Source: Alphaproteobacteria bacterium (GTDB taxonomy: Bacteria > Pseudomonadota > Alphaproteobacteria > SP197). From it: DNA of 64,000 nucleotides. The notes below the pieces were generated by a model. That model worked only from the letters and a program-made list of their open reading frames with translations. It searched no databases and had not been told where the DNA came from. The translations under genes were made by a program, and so were the position numbers. Below, piece by piece: positions 19,192-29,868 of the stretch. The first letter of the stretch is position 1. The number at the start of each line of letters is the position of its first letter. The stretch lies in NCBI GenBank assembly GCA_965228895.1, contig OZ245842.1, positions 2,400,001 to 2,464,000 of the forward strand, read 5' to 3'.

Positions 19192-21843
19192 TCACGCCGC
19201 ACTCAGCCGGGCCAGGGCATCGCGCAGGCGGTCACGGGCCTGGCTCGCGGTCTGACTGCGCTCGCGCTGCTCCTCGACGACCTCAGGCGGCGCCTTGGCC
19301 AGGAACTTCTCGTTGGCGAGCTTCTTGTCATAACCTTTGATCTCGCCCTCCAATTTGGCGATTTCCTTTTCAAGGCGCGCGCGTTCCTGATCGATATCGA
19401 TCACGTCTGCCAGCGGCAGCAGCAACGTTGCCTCGTCCAAGACGCCCTGGATCGAGCCCTCTGGGGTCTCGTCGCTGGCCGCCACGGAGTCCAGCCGCGC
19501 GAGCCGCAGGATCAAGTCGCGATGACGCTCCAGCCGGGCTGCGGTTTCCGATTCCATGCCGCGCATCAGCGCCGGGATCTTGGCGCCGGCCGGTACGTTC
19601 ATCTCGGACCGCAGCGTACGGATGGTCGAGATCAGGCGAACGACCCAGTCCATTTCGGCCATCGCTGCGTCATCGACCAGATCATCGGCATAGTCAGGCC
19701 ATGAAGCTCTGATGAGTTTTTCACTTCTTGTATCGCCGCCCAGCTTTTCCCAAAGCTCCTCGGTGATGAAGGGCATGAAGGGGTGCAGCAGCAGCAAGAG
19801 TTGATCAAGCGCCCAGGCGGTTGCCGCGCGTGTCTCCGCCGCCGCCTTTGCGTCATCGCCGGTCAGGATCGGCTTGGTGAACTCCAGATACCAATCGCAG
19901 AACGTATTCCATGTCGACTGGTAGGCGGCTTGCGCGGCGTCGTTGAAACGGTACGCGTCGAGCGCGCCGTCGATCTGCGCGCGAAGCTTGACCATCTCGC
20001 CGACAATCCAGCGGTTGACCGTTTCCTTACACGATGCCGGATCGAATGACGGATCGGGGCGACAGCCATTCATCTCGCAATAACGTGCGGCGTTCCAAAG
20101 CTTTGTCGCAAAGTTGCGGTACCCCTCGACCCGTTGCTTCGAGAGTTTGACATCACGTCCAGGGGCGGCGAGCGCGGCGAGCGTGAAGCGCAGGGCGTCC
20201 GCACCATACTCATCGATCAGGTCCAGCGGATCGATGATGTTGCCCTTCGACTTTGCCATCTTCTGGCCCTTCTCGTCGCGGACCAGGGCGTGGATGTAGA
20301 CCGTGTGGAACGGCACCTCGCCCATGAAGTGCAGCCCCATCATCATCATGCGGGCAACCCAGAAGAAGATGATGTCGAAGCCGGTGACCAGGACATCCGT
20401 TGGGTAATAGCGCTTGAGTTCCGGCGTTTCGTCAGGCCAGCCCAAGGTCGAGAACGGCCACAGACCAGACGAGAACCAAGTGTCCAGAACGTCGGGGTCG
20501 CGCTCCAACGCGACCGCCTTGCCGTAGTGTGCGGCGGCGGCGGCGCTGGCTTCGTCCTCGCTGTGGGCGACAAAGATCTCGCCGTCCGGACCATACCAGG
20601 CGGGGATCTGATGGCCCCACCATAGCTGGCGCGAAATGCACCAGGGCTGGATGTTGCGCATCCACTCGTAATAGGTCTTCGTCCAGTTCTCGGGCACGAA
20701 GCGCGTGCGCCCCTGCTCGACCGCCTCGATGGCCGGCTTGGCCAAGGTCGCGGCGTCGACATACCACTGCTCGGTCAGATAGGGCTCGATCGGGACGCCA
20801 CCACGGTCGCCATAGGGGACCATGTGGACGTGATCCTCGACGCCGGCCAAGAGACCTTGCGCCTCCATGTCCTCGACGATTTTCTTGCGCGCTTCGAACC
20901 GGTCGAGGCCCAGATAGGCGTCCGGCACATCGCCGCTGATGCGCGCCTCGCGGTCCATGACACTGACCATCTCCAGTCCGTGGCGCCTGCCGACCTCGAA
21001 GTCGTTGAAGTCGTGGGCCGGGGTAATCTTGACCGCGCCGGTCCCCTGCTCCGGATCGGCGTAATCGTCGGCAACGATGACCAGTTTGCGCCCAACAAGG
21101 GGAAGGATCGCGTGCTTGCCGATCAAGTCCTTGTAGCGCTCGTCATCGGGATGCACGGCGACGGCGGTATCACCCAACATGGTCTCGGGCCGGGTGGTCG
21201 CGACGGTGATGAAGCGGCCGTCCTCGTCCTCAATGGGATACTTGAAGTGCCAGAGGTGGCCGTTGACTTCCTGCTGTTTCACCTCAAGGTCGGAGATGGC
21301 GGTCAGCAACTTGGGGTCCCAGTTGACCAGGCGTTTGTCCTTATAGATCAGCCCTTGCTGATGGAGATCGACAAAGACCTTGAGAACGGCCTTCGACAGG
21401 CCTTCGTCCATGGTGAAGCGCTCGCGGCTCCAGTCCGCCGATGCGCCGAGGCGGCGAAGCTGGCGCGAGATCAAACCGCCGGACTCCGCCTTCCAGGTCC
21501 AGACACGGTCGATAAAGGCATCGCGGCCGAGGTCGCGGCGGTTAGCGCCTTCGGCCTCCAACATGCGCTCGACGACCATCTGCGTCGCAATGCCTGCGTG
21601 GTCGGTGCCCGGCTGCCACAAGGCGTCGCGCCCGCGCATGCGTTCGCGCCGGATCAGGATATCCTGCAGCGTGTTGTTGAGCGCGTGGCCCATGTGCAGG
21701 CTGCCCGTCACGTTGGGCGGCGGGATGACGATGGTGAACGGCTCGGCATTGTCGCGCCCGCCAATGGCGAAGCTGCCGGCGTTGTCCCAGCCTTCATAGA
21801 GTTTCTGTTCGACGCTCTGCGCGTCGTACGTCTTGTCCAGCAT
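19192..21843 (-). CDS. valS: Valine--tRNA ligase
   Basis: [41 protein letters not shown]-terminal coiled coil. Start at MLDKTY. Confidence 0.98.
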   Translation of the reverse strand: MLDKTYDAQSVEQKLYEGWDNAGSFAIGGRDNAEPFTIVIPPPNVTGSLHMGHALNNTLQDILIRRERMRGRDALWQPGTDHAGIATQMVVERMLEAEGANRRDLGRDAFIDRVWTWKAESGGLISRQLRRLGASADWSRERFTMDEGLSKAVLKVFVDLHQQGLIYKDKRLVNWDPKLLTAISDLEVKQQEVNGHLWHFKYPIEDEDGRFITVATTRPETMLGDTAVAVHPDDERYKDLIGKHAILPLVGRKLVIVADDYADPEQGTGAVKITPAHDFNDFEVGRRHGLEMVSVMDREARISGDVPDAYLGLDRFEARKKIVEDMEAQGLLAGVEDHVHMVPYGDRGGVPIEPYLTEQWYVDAATLAKPAIEAVEQGRTRFVPENWTKTYYEWMRNIQPWCISRQLWWGHQIPAWYGPDGEIFVAHSEDEASAAAAAHYGKAVALERDPDVLDTWFSSGLWPFSTLGWPDETPELKRYYPTDVLVTGFDIIFFWVARMMMMGLHFMGEVPFHTVYIHALVRDEKGQKMAKSKGNIIDPLDLIDEYGADALRFTLAALAAPGRDVKLSKQRVEGYRNFATKLWNAARYCEMNGCRPDPSFDPASCKETVNRWIVGEMVKLRAQIDGALDAYRFNDAAQAAYQSTWNTFCDWYLEFTKPILTGDDAKAAAETRAATAWALDQLLLLLHPFMPFITEELWEKLGGDTRSEKLIRASWPDYADDLVDDAAMAEMDWVVRLISTIRTLRSEMNVPAGAKIPALMRGMESETAARLERHRDLILRLARLDSVAASDETPEGSIQGVLDEATLLLPLADVIDIDQERARLEKEIAKLEGEIKGYDKKLANEKFLAKAPPEVVEEQRERSQTASQARDRLRDALARLSAA

Positions 21844-21866
21844 CACGTCATCCCAATGACAGAGAA

Positions 21867-21901
21867 CGGCGCCGCCCGGTTTCCCCGGCGGCGCCGCTTT
21901 T
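21867..21901. terminator. GC hairpin, probable intrinsic terminator between popZ and valS
   Basis: CGGCGCCGCC...GGCGGCGCCG stem with a T-run on + and TTCTCT on -. Confidence 0.55.
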
Positions 21902-21931
21902 ATAGACGATCGAAGCGAAAATTCAGCGTAA

Positions 21932-22567
21932 TCAGTCGTCCGCAGGCCGCCGCGACAGATACCGTACCTCGCGCTCGACGATCCGCTCGACAATGGCCGG
22001 CAGGTGTTCGTCCAGCCACTCGCGCAGCATCGGCTTCAAGAGCTCCATGGCCAGATCTTCGACCGGCCGGCCCTTCGGCACGTCGCGCAGGGGATCGGGG
22101 TCGGAGGCCTGGACCAGGCTCGACAGCGCGGAAGCGGCCGACGTGGCAGCGGTTTGCGACATCAGGCGTTCGTCGGATTTGTCGGGTGATTGTGCCATGG
22201 TTGTGTCTGCTCCGCCGTCGGCGGTCTCCTCGTTTTCCTGGGTCTCTTCCACTTCAGACGGAATGGCCAAATCGTCATCGGCCGCATCGTCCAGCTTTGT
22301 TTCAAGTACCAGAACATCGCCGTCGTCGGTGTCGTCGTCATCACTATTCAACGCGTTCTCTTCCGACGAGATAACATCGTCGGCTGGTTCATCACCGACC
22401 ACTTCGGTGAGCTCCAACACGTCGTCATCGTCGGAATCGTTGGCCGCAACCGCACCCGGGGCATCCCCGCGCGCCGCAGCCTTGTCATCGTCATCGACGA
22501 TGATCCGACGGATCGAGGCCAGGATGTCCTCCATCGAGGGATCCTGCCCACTGGGTCGATTCGCCAT
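21932..22567 (-). CDS. popZ: Polar organizing protein PopZ (DUF2497)
   Basis: [16 protein letters not shown]-helix, acidic disordered linker, [26 protein letters not shown]; valS-popZ-tolC-pcm synteny. Confidence 0.93.
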   Translation of the reverse strand: MANRPSGQDPSMEDILASIRRIIVDDDDKAAARGDAPGAVAANDSDDDDVLELTEVVGDEPADDVISSEENALNSDDDDTDDGDVLVLETKLDDAADDDLAIPSEVEETQENEETADGGADTTMAQSPDKSDERLMSQTAATSAASALSSLVQASDPDPLRDVPKGRPVEDLAMELLKPMLREWLDEHLPAIVERIVEREVRYLSRRPADD

Positions 22568-22642
22568 TAAACCTCGCCTTTCAGGCCTGCGCTGCACTCG
22601 ACAGGGCCAAGATTACCGGCGCCGCCCTTCGGCGGCAATGCC

Positions 22643-24013
22643 TCACTCCTCGACCTCAAGACCGCCCCATCCCCACCACGTGTCACGCGCCTCGCGATAG
22701 TACGCCTCGACATCGTAAATTTCCACCGGAAGCTGCAGACGTTCGGCAGTGAGACGGCCAATCGCCGATTGGACGGTATAGCTCGCGACCACCTCATCGC
22801 GCTGGGCGGTTACCAAATCAACCTGACTCTCGAACAGAGCCTGCTCGGCGTCCAGGATGTCCAGGACGGTCCGCTCGCCTACTTCTGCCTCGCGCTGGGT
22901 TCCTTCGAGCGCAATTTCGTTTGCCGAAACGCTCTCTTGGAACGCCGATATCTGGGCGCGCGCCGTGATCAGGTCTTCCCAGGCGGTGATCACATCGGCC
23001 AGGACCTCCCGGCGTGCCTCGAACGCCTCTTCACGCAACTGATAGACGTCCTGCTTGGCCTGCCGGATCTCCGACGCGACGACGCCTGCCTGATAGAGAG
23101 GGACCGTGACTTCCGCCATGATTGTCGCGACGTCTTGGCGGTCAATGGCGGTGCTGACGTCGTAGCTGCGCGTGTACGACCCGACCAAGTCGACGTCCGG
23201 CAACAGGTCCGCGGCCTCCACATCGACACCGTCGATCGCGGCGAGCTCGGCAAACTGGGCTTGCAGAATATCGGGGTGCTCGCTCTCGGCAATACCCGAC
23301 GCCTGTTCGCTGGTGCTCGGGATCCCGACAAGCGGACCCGGGCTCGACAGTTCTGCGGGTGGGCTGCCGATGATTTCTTCGTAGTTGGCCGCGGCCGACG
23401 CCAGGCTGCCCTCCGCGCCCAGGCGGTCTGCGACGGCGGTCGCCAGACTGGCCTGCGCCTGTGACACGTCCGTGCGGGTTACTTCGCCGACGCGAAACTG
23501 ATCTTGCGTGGCCTGTAGCTGACGCTCCAAGCGGCTTTCGTTGTTGCGATTGAGTTCAAGCACCGCACGCGCCAAGACAACGTCCATGTAGACGGTCACG
23601 ACATCGAGCAAAACCGACTGCTCCGTCGACAGCAAGAACTGACGCTGCGCATAGATCTGGTTCTCGGCCACCCGGGTGTTCGCCTCGGTTTCACCGCCGG
23701 TGTAAAGCGGCTGGGTGATTGTCAGGTTGAGCGAATTCGGATTGGACGAATCCCACGACGTCACATTCGTTTCGGTCCACTCTTGCGTCAGGTCGCCCGT
23801 TGCAGACACGGTCGGGCGGTAACCGCCAAGCGCCTGCGCAATGTTTTCGTCGACCGACCGCAACTGCGCGCGCGCACCCATCAAGGTTGGATTGCTCAGA
23901 TAGCTTTGAACAAGCGCCTCTTCCAAAGACTGTGCCTTTGCCGACGCGGCACCCACCATCAAGGCCGCGCCGACCACCATCCCGGCATACGCGCTTCTGA
24001 ACACAACGTTCAC
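22643..24013 (-). CDS. TolC family outer membrane protein
   Basis: Signal peptide, QPLYTGG, FRVGEVTRTDV.QA, VGERTVLDILDAEQ. Confidence 0.93.
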   Translation of the reverse strand: MNVVFRSAYAGMVVGAALMVGAASAKAQSLEEALVQSYLSNPTLMGARAQLRSVDENIAQALGGYRPTVSATGDLTQEWTETNVTSWDSSNPNSLNLTITQPLYTGGETEANTRVAENQIYAQRQFLLSTEQSVLLDVVTVYMDVVLARAVLELNRNNESRLERQLQATQDQFRVGEVTRTDVSQAQASLATAVADRLGAEGSLASAAANYEEIIGSPPAELSSPGPLVGIPSTSEQASGIAESEHPDILQAQFAELAAIDGVDVEAADLLPDVDLVGSYTRSYDVSTAIDRQDVATIMAEVTVPLYQAGVVASEIRQAKQDVYQLREEAFEARREVLADVITAWEDLITARAQISAFQESVSANEIALEGTQREAEVGERTVLDILDAEQALFESQVDLVTAQRDEVVASYTVQSAIGRLTAERLQLPVEIYDVEAYYREARDTWWGWGGLEVEE

Positions 24014-24052
24014 TGGGTTACTCCCACAACTGCGTTGAGATTGGCTAACACC

Positions 24053-24706
24053 TTAGAAAACAAAATCCGGTTTACGCACGAAACATGTCAGCGGCGGCAC
24101 CTGCGCATCAAACAACACACGGCCCGATACGGCATCACCACTGCGCTTCATCAACGTCGCCTTCCCCACACCATTGTCGTCTATCACGGTAACCAGCCGA
24201 CCACCCGAAGCCAGTTGATCGGTAATAGCCTTAGGCACCTCGCCACAGCGCCCTTCGATCAAGATAATCGCATAGGGCGCCTGTTGCGGGTAACCTTCGG
24301 TCAAAGAACGCTCGATCACCGGCGCATTGTCAATACCCAGCGCCGACAGGTTCTTTTCCGCTGCGGCAACAAGTTCGGCGCGATCGTCGATGCCGACGAC
24401 GGTCTCGGCCAATTGCGCCAAAAGGGCGACCGCATAGCCCGTCGTGCAGCCAATAACCAGTGCCGCATCGCCCGCACCCACGTCGGCAGCTTGCAGCAGA
24501 CGCGCCAGGACCATCGGTTCGGTCATGTAGCGGCCACCGCCCAGATGCAGGTCTTCGTCGATATAGGCCACATTCTTCAGCGGTTCCGGCAGAAAGGCCT
24601 CGCGCGGCACAGTCCTTAGAGCGTTGATCAACCGCTCATCCGTCACCTTGTTGGTGCGGATCTGGCATTCCACCATGTTTTCGCGGGCTTGGTCGAAATC
24701 GAGCAT
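24053..24706 (-). CDS. pcm: Protein-L-isoaspartate O-methyltransferase
   Basis: RENMVECQIRT, VPREAF, IGCTTGY, QLASGGRLV. Confidence 0.9.
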   Translation of the reverse strand: MLDFDQARENMVECQIRTNKVTDERLINALRTVPREAFLPEPLKNVAYIDEDLHLGGGRYMTEPMVLARLLQAADVGAGDAALVIGCTTGYAVALLAQLAETVVGIDDRAELVAAAEKNLSALGIDNAPVIERSLTEGYPQQAPYAIILIEGRCGEVPKAITDQLASGGRLVTVIDDNGVGKATLMKRSGDAVSGRVLFDAQVPPLTCFVRKPDFVF

Positions 24707-24792
24707 GTAATCCCTGCCAACCGATCGTGCGGCGCTTTATAGGCCCAGATCCCGATCGGCACAAACGCCAACAACAGCATATGTGAGCCCTG

Positions 24793-24821
24793 TTGACCGG
24801 GAGCCACACCGGGCCTATGAC
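24793..24821 (+). promoter_or_regulatory. Candidate sigma70 promoter of tRNA-Cys
   Basis: TTGACC-N17-TATGAC about 25 bp upstream of the tRNA. Confidence 0.5.
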
Positions 24822-24845
24822 AAGCGCCGCTCGTTCTGACCCCAG

Positions 24846-24919
24846 GGCCCGGTGGCAGAGTGGCTATGCAGCGGACTGCAAATCCGTTTACATCGGTTCG
24901 ATTCCGGTCCGGGCCTCCA
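24846..24919 (+). tRNA. tRNA-Cys(GCA)
   Basis: GGCCCGG/CCGGGCC acceptor stem, anticodon arm GCGGA-CTGCAAA-TCCGT, GGTTCGATTCC T-loop, encoded CCA; 74 nt. Confidence 0.97.
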
Positions 24920-25019
24920 CTTCCGAACATACTTTCAGGCAACGGCCACGCGCGGCGCGCGTTGGCGCTGCCGATACGCTGTGGTTCATGCGGCCATGCG
25001 GGAGAACGCATGCAGAATG

Positions 25020-25044
25020 ACTTATGGATTCATACTCCATAAGT
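25020..25044. promoter_or_regulatory. Palindromic operator-like site
   Basis: Perfect inverted repeat ACTTATGGA-N7-TCCATAAGT. Confidence 0.5.
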
Positions 25045-25065
25045 AGTAATCCTTATTGATAGAAA

Positions 25066-25192
25066 ATGAGGAACGTGTATGGTTGGCCGGTCGCGTCGAC
25101 GGCTATCCAGAGCGTGAACAGGGTTCCCGGCTACGCGATGTTGATAAACGTGGTATGAACTTGGGCCGATCTCACGATCGGCCCCTTTTCTT
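25066..25192 (+). ncRNA. Candidate small RNA (or 30-aa small ORF) with intrinsic terminator
   Basis: 5' stem-loop 25081-25108 and terminator at 25163-25192 with no long + strand ORF feeding it; AT-rich promoter-like DNA upstream. Confidence 0.4.
25163..25192 (+). terminator. Rho-independent terminator
   Basis: GGGCCGATC-TCAC-GATCGGCCC followed by CTTTTCTTT. Confidence 0.8.
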
Positions 25193-25412
25193 TATTTAAT
25201 AGAAATAGTTAGCTCTCTTTTTTAAACAAAAAAATCAATGTGGGAGGCCAAAAAATGTGCCCGTTCGGCATTTCGAGTTTGTCGGACGGACGGCCAACTC
25301 CTGGGCCATCGCAAGCGAGGCGCAACGATCAATCGTCCGCTGCTATGAGAGGTGGCAATACCACGCGAGGAATTGCCTTATCGGCTCCGGTTTCGCTGCC
25401 TGCCGGCGCCTT

Positions 25413-26702
25413 CTAGGACGTCTCGCCGCGTTTGTGCCCGACCCGCTTGAGGGTTTCCGGCACGGTAAGCGTGGCGACGAACGAAATCAGAGCCATCACC
25501 ATCAGCAGGTAGACCGGCGCATAGTCGTCGCTGGTCCGTTCAACCAGGTAGGTCGCGATCAACGGCGTCAGCCCGCCGAAGACCCCATAGGCAATGCCGT
25601 TACCGATACTGATCACCGTGCAGCGAACGCGCGGCGACAGGATTTCGACCATCATCACCGCATAGACCGCCCAGCCAACGGCAAACAGTATGGCAAAGGT
25701 CAACTGACCTATGATGATGTAGATCGAGTTCTCGTGATGGATCAGCCACCACAGCGGCAGCGCCAGGATACCAGTCCCAACGGCAGCAAAGATCGCCAGC
25801 GGTTTGCGGCCGATCTTATCGGAAAGCATGCCGGCAAAGGGCGTGACGACAAGAATGCCGAACAGCGCGAGCGTGTTGATGTCCAGGGCCTTGGCGGTCG
25901 ACACGTGCATGTGCGACGTCAGGTCGTTGACGGCGTAAACGTAAGCGACGAACCAGCCGACACCGGTCATGACGATCATGCACAGGTAGACAAAAATCGT
26001 CTTCCACTCGGTCCGAACCGCTTCGATCACGGGCGAACCGTGCTGGGCCTCGCTCTCTTGCATGGCCGGCGATTCATTGATGCCGGACCGATAATAGAAA
26101 CCCAAACCGGTAATGATGACGCTCAACAGGAAGGGTACACGCCATCCCCACGCGTCGACCTGTGCTTCGGTCAGCAAGGAGCTGACGAGCGCGCCAATAC
26201 CGGAACCTAAGATAAGGCCGACAAACTGGCCGAAGGTTGACCAGCTGGACACATAGCCCCGGTGCTCGGGCTGCGCGTGCTCGATAAGAAACACCGTCGA
26301 CGTCGAGTACTCACCGGCAACCGCAAATCCCTGAAGCAGGCGAAGCACGACCAATAGGATCGGCGCGGCCACGCCGATTGTGTCGTAGCCGGGCAAAAGA
26401 CCGATGGCGACGGTCGCGGCGCCCATGACCGAGATAACCAGGGTCATCGCCGTCTTGCGGCCGAGCTTGTCGCCGATATGGCCGAGGGCGAGCGCGCCGA
26501 TTGGTCGCGCTAGATAGCCGGCGGCAAAGGCGCCAAATGCTGACAACAGCGACGTAAACGGATCGTCCGACGGGAAGAAGTGCCGTCCGATGATTACGGC
26601 GAAGAAACCGAAACAGCCGAAGTCATACCACTCGAGCACATTGCCCAGGCCGGCCGCAGCTATTTTTGTTTTGATTCCCTGCGCCTTTGGCGAACCTGTC
26701 AT
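25413..26702 (-). CDS. MFS transporter, MHS family (ProP-like proline/betaine/metabolite:H+ symporter)
   Basis: GNVLEWYDF, RPIGALALGHIGDKLGRK, RLLQGFAVAGEY, WGWRVPFL. Confidence 0.92.
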   Translation of the reverse strand: MTGSPKAQGIKTKIAAAGLGNVLEWYDFGCFGFFAVIIGRHFFPSDDPFTSLLSAFGAFAAGYLARPIGALALGHIGDKLGRKTAMTLVISVMGAATVAIGLLPGYDTIGVAAPILLVVLRLLQGFAVAGEYSTSTVFLIEHAQPEHRGYVSSWSTFGQFVGLILGSGIGALVSSLLTEAQVDAWGWRVPFLLSVIITGLGFYYRSGINESPAMQESEAQHGSPVIEAVRTEWKTIFVYLCMIVMTGVGWFVAYVYAVNDLTSHMHVSTAKALDINTLALFGILVVTPFAGMLSDKIGRKPLAIFAAVGTGILALPLWWLIHHENSIYIIIGQLTFAILFAVGWAVYAVMMVEILSPRVRCTVISIGNGIAYGVFGGLTPLIATYLVERTSDDYAPVYLLMVMALISFVATLTVPETLKRVGHKRGETS

Positions 26703-26810
26703 CCCTGCCCCACTCTCCAGGGCGAGACTACTCTCGTGCCCTAACCGTCATGCCGCGCAACCAGGTCGACGGCAGCTTCCCCGGCTGCCGTTTCCAGTGC
26801 CGTTGCCGGC

Positions 26811-27170
26811 TCAGACGCATCCCTCGATAGCGGGACGCAAAGCACCCGACGTTTCCCCGTAGCCGTGAAGCTCGATCGTCGAACCAACGGTGTGGCGCCG
26901 CACACTCACATAGTAAAGATCACCGCCACCCATCACCCGCGCATTCTCGGGGCGGACTTCTGCATACTCACCAGGCAACAGTGGCAACTCGTAGTGCATC
27001 TTGCCTTCCAGCGAACCGTCCATCGCCGGCACCAGACAGGCCGAAGCCGAATTCACGGATGACGCGGTCACCCAATACTCGACCGGCGGCGGCTCGTAAG
27101 GTTGCTCGGTGGCACAAGCCACGAGAGCGAACACGCTTAGAAAGGTCGCTGCGACCGACCGTATCGTCAT
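26811..27170 (-). CDS. Hypothetical lipoprotein
   Basis: AAAGG RBS, ATG 27170, lipobox-like LVAC; 119 aa. Confidence 0.6.
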   Translation of the reverse strand: MTIRSVAATFLSVFALVACATEQPYEPPPVEYWVTASSVNSASACLVPAMDGSLEGKMHYELPLLPGEYAEVRPENARVMGGGDLYYVSVRRHTVGSTIELHGYGETSGALRPAIEGCV

Positions 27171-27356
27171 GTTCGGACCCTTTCGGACATTTGGACGGTT
27201 ACCAGTGCGCGGTGTGCCTGAGTGTCCCACTGATTCCAAGCATTTATCAAGCCGCACATCCGCTGCGAACGCGATCGGGCCCGATTGATATGGCCTGCCC
27301 GGAACGAAGGCTGCAGAATAACTGCGAGCCGAAAGCCGTCCACCGCCGAGTCTTCT

Positions 27357-28571
27357 TTGCTGCATTCGCCTAAATCACGTTCAATCGCGGTTCTCGCGCT
27401 TAGCGAGGTGCTGGCGATGGCGCTTTGGTTTTCCGCCTCCGCCGTCGTGCCGACGCTGGTTCGCGACTACAGCCTGACGGGAACCCAGGCGTCACTGCTG
27501 ACCAGCAGCGTGCAGGTCGGTTTTGTCGCGGGCACGCTGGCAAGCGCGATACTGGCCCTGGCCGATCGTTTCGACCCCCGGCGTTTCTTTATGGTCAGTT
27601 GCCTCGTTGCCGCCGCCGCCAACGCGTTGATGCTTGTCGTGCCGCCCGACACCGGTTGGGTGTTGGTCTTGCGGTTCATTACCGGCGCGTGCATGGCCGG
27701 CGTCTATCCCGTCGGTATGAAACTTGCCGCGAGCTGGGCCAAGGGCGATCTGGGAACCTTGGTCGGCATCATGGTCGGCGCGCTGACACTGGGATCGGCA
27801 GCACCCCATCTGTTCAACGGTTTCGGCGGTGTTGATTGGCGTTTCACGATCGCTACGGCGTCGGTCGCTGCCGTTGCGGCCGGGCTGCTGATCAGGCTCT
27901 TCCAGCCGGGTCCGAACCTCGGCAAGTCACCGAAACTCGACCCAAGGCTGGCGTTCAAGGCGTGGACCGTGCCGTCGTTGCGCCTGGCCAATCTCGGTTA
28001 CCTCGGCCACATGTGGGAACTCTATGCGATGTGGGCTTGGTTGATCGTTTTCCTTAACGCCAGCTTCGCGATCAATCCGGGCGGATCGTCGGCGTCAATC
28101 TGGGCGAGCTTCATGACATTCGCCACCATCGGTGTCGGCGGCGCCTTAGGCTGTCTTGCCGGCGGGATGATTGCCGACCGTTGGGGTCGTACGCTCTTGA
28201 CGTCAGCGGCCATGACGTTGAGCGGCGCCTGCGCCCTTGCCATCGGTTTCCTGTTCGGCGGCTCCCCTTTGATTCTGATGCTTGTCTGCACGGTCTGGGG
28301 CTTTGCGGTGATCGCTGACTCCGCACAATTTTCGGCCAGCATTGCTGAGCTGGCCGAACCGGACCTTGTCGGCACCATGCTGACGGCGCAGACCTGTGGC
28401 GGCTTTCTTCTGACGCTTGTCACCATCCAGCTTGTGCCTTGGATCGTCGATCTGGTGGGCTGGCAATACGCCTTCATGTTCTTGGCTATCGGCCCGGCGG
28501 CCGGCGTTGTCGCCATGTTGCGCTTGAGAGCGCACCCGGACGCACACAAGCTTGCAGGCGGTCGACGCTGA
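27357..28571 (+). CDS. MFS transporter
   Basis: 12-TM pattern, MALWFSASAV, LRFITGACMAGVYPVGMK, GHMWELYAMW, ADSAQFS. Start uncertain (ORF open from 27285). Confidence 0.9.
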   Translation: MLHSPKSRSIAVLALSEVLAMALWFSASAVVPTLVRDYSLTGTQASLLTSSVQVGFVAGTLASAILALADRFDPRRFFMVSCLVAAAANALMLVVPPDTGWVLVLRFITGACMAGVYPVGMKLAASWAKGDLGTLVGIMVGALTLGSAAPHLFNGFGGVDWRFTIATASVAAVAAGLLIRLFQPGPNLGKSPKLDPRLAFKAWTVPSLRLANLGYLGHMWELYAMWAWLIVFLNASFAINPGGSSASIWASFMTFATIGVGGALGCLAGGMIADRWGRTLLTSAAMTLSGACALAIGFLFGGSPLILMLVCTVWGFAVIADSAQFSASIAELAEPDLVGTMLTAQTCGGFLLTLVTIQLVPWIVDLVGWQYAFMFLAIGPAAGVVAMLRLRAHPDAHKLAGGRR

Positions 28572-28586
28572 GCGACTTGTCGCGAC

Positions 28587-29711
28587 CTAGCGCGTGGCGC
28601 GTGAAACCGTCGATGGCCGGAACGCCGGCGCCAGCTTGACGCCGCGCAGCAGGCTTCTGGGGCGGAAGTAGATCTGCCGCGCCGCCTCGGCGAACCACGG
28701 TGTCTTTAGCATCACGTCGACCAAACGATCGCCCACGACATGATCCATCGCGCGGCGCATCATCAGTTTGGCGCCGTAGCCCGGATACTCGCCGGCCAGC
28801 ACGCGACTGGGCTCAGGTCCGTGATCCAACAGGTGATCGCTGACCGCCTGTGCCGCACGGCGGCCATAACGGAAGGCGTTGTAGATACCGCCGCCGGTCA
28901 ACGGTGAGACCAGGCCAGCGGCATCGCCGACCAGCAAGACGCGGTCAGTGGCGAACGGGCGAACCGGGCCGCCGCAGGGGATGAGGCCGGCGCGTCGCTC
29001 AAAGACCTGCGATGTATCGATGCCGCCGATCTGCTGCATGACCGAGAGTGCCGCATCAAGATCCGGCTTGATGCCACGCGCAGCGGCCAGCCCGACCTGA
29101 AGCGTTTCAACGCCGGGCACGGCCCACGTGATGTAACCCGGCGCCAGGCGTCGGTTGAGAACGCAATGCAACAGATTGGGCGCGATGCCACCGTCGAGGG
29201 GAAGGTGCGCTTCGATGCCTTGCAGGAACTGATCGTTCAGTCCGAGATCAAATGTCCGCGCGACGGCCGACCGCGCACCATCGGCACCGACCAGATAGCG
29301 TGTCGTGATGTCGATGCCGCGCAGCCTGAGGCCGTCTTCCTCGTAACACGCGCCGCGGTAGGACGTGCCATAACACAGCCGGGCACCGGCCATCGCCGCA
29401 TCGAGCGCCAGCCAGCGCAACAGGCGCGCTGTATCTGTTGCCAGGAAATAGTAACCGGGCTCGGTAAGGTCGATGGACGCCAGGGACGGCCCATAGAGCC
29501 GCACGCCATGGATGCGCCGGACAACATCGGGGGGCAGATCGATTTCCTCAGCGGCTTCCTTGACCAGGATGCCGGTGGTGTGGACGGCGGCGCCGGGTTC
29601 GCGGCGCCGGTCGATGACGGCGACTTTGAGGCCGCGCATGGCCGCCGTGCGCGCACAAATCAGGCCGGCAAAACTACCGCCGACCACGACCAGATCGTAG
29701 TCCGTCGTCAT
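28587..29711 (-). CDS. FAD-dependent oxidoreductase, geranylgeranyl reductase/FixC family
   Basis: DLVVVGGSFAG, VGADGARS, LLVGDAAGLVSPLTGGGI; GGAGGG RBS. Confidence 0.88.
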   Translation of the reverse strand: MTTDYDLVVVGGSFAGLICARTAAMRGLKVAVIDRRREPGAAVHTTGILVKEAAEEIDLPPDVVRRIHGVRLYGPSLASIDLTEPGYYFLATDTARLLRWLALDAAMAGARLCYGTSYRGACYEEDGLRLRGIDITTRYLVGADGARSAVARTFDLGLNDQFLQGIEAHLPLDGGIAPNLLHCVLNRRLAPGYITWAVPGVETLQVGLAAARGIKPDLDAALSVMQQIGGIDTSQVFERRAGLIPCGGPVRPFATDRVLLVGDAAGLVSPLTGGGIYNAFRYGRRAAQAVSDHLLDHGPEPSRVLAGEYPGYGAKLMMRRAMDHVVGDRLVDVMLKTPWFAEAARQIYFRPRSLLRGVKLAPAFRPSTVSRATR

Positions 29712-29868
29712 AGCTCCCCTCCAAAACAAGCCGACATCACACAGTGTTGCCAACTAAGATGGCAATTTTCGGACCTGACGGCCACCTTCGGTTGATGTAC
29801 GGGCCATTGATCACGGGTGTCGAAAACGTTATGCGTCCCCTGCCCGCCAACCTCTCAGCATCGGCCAT

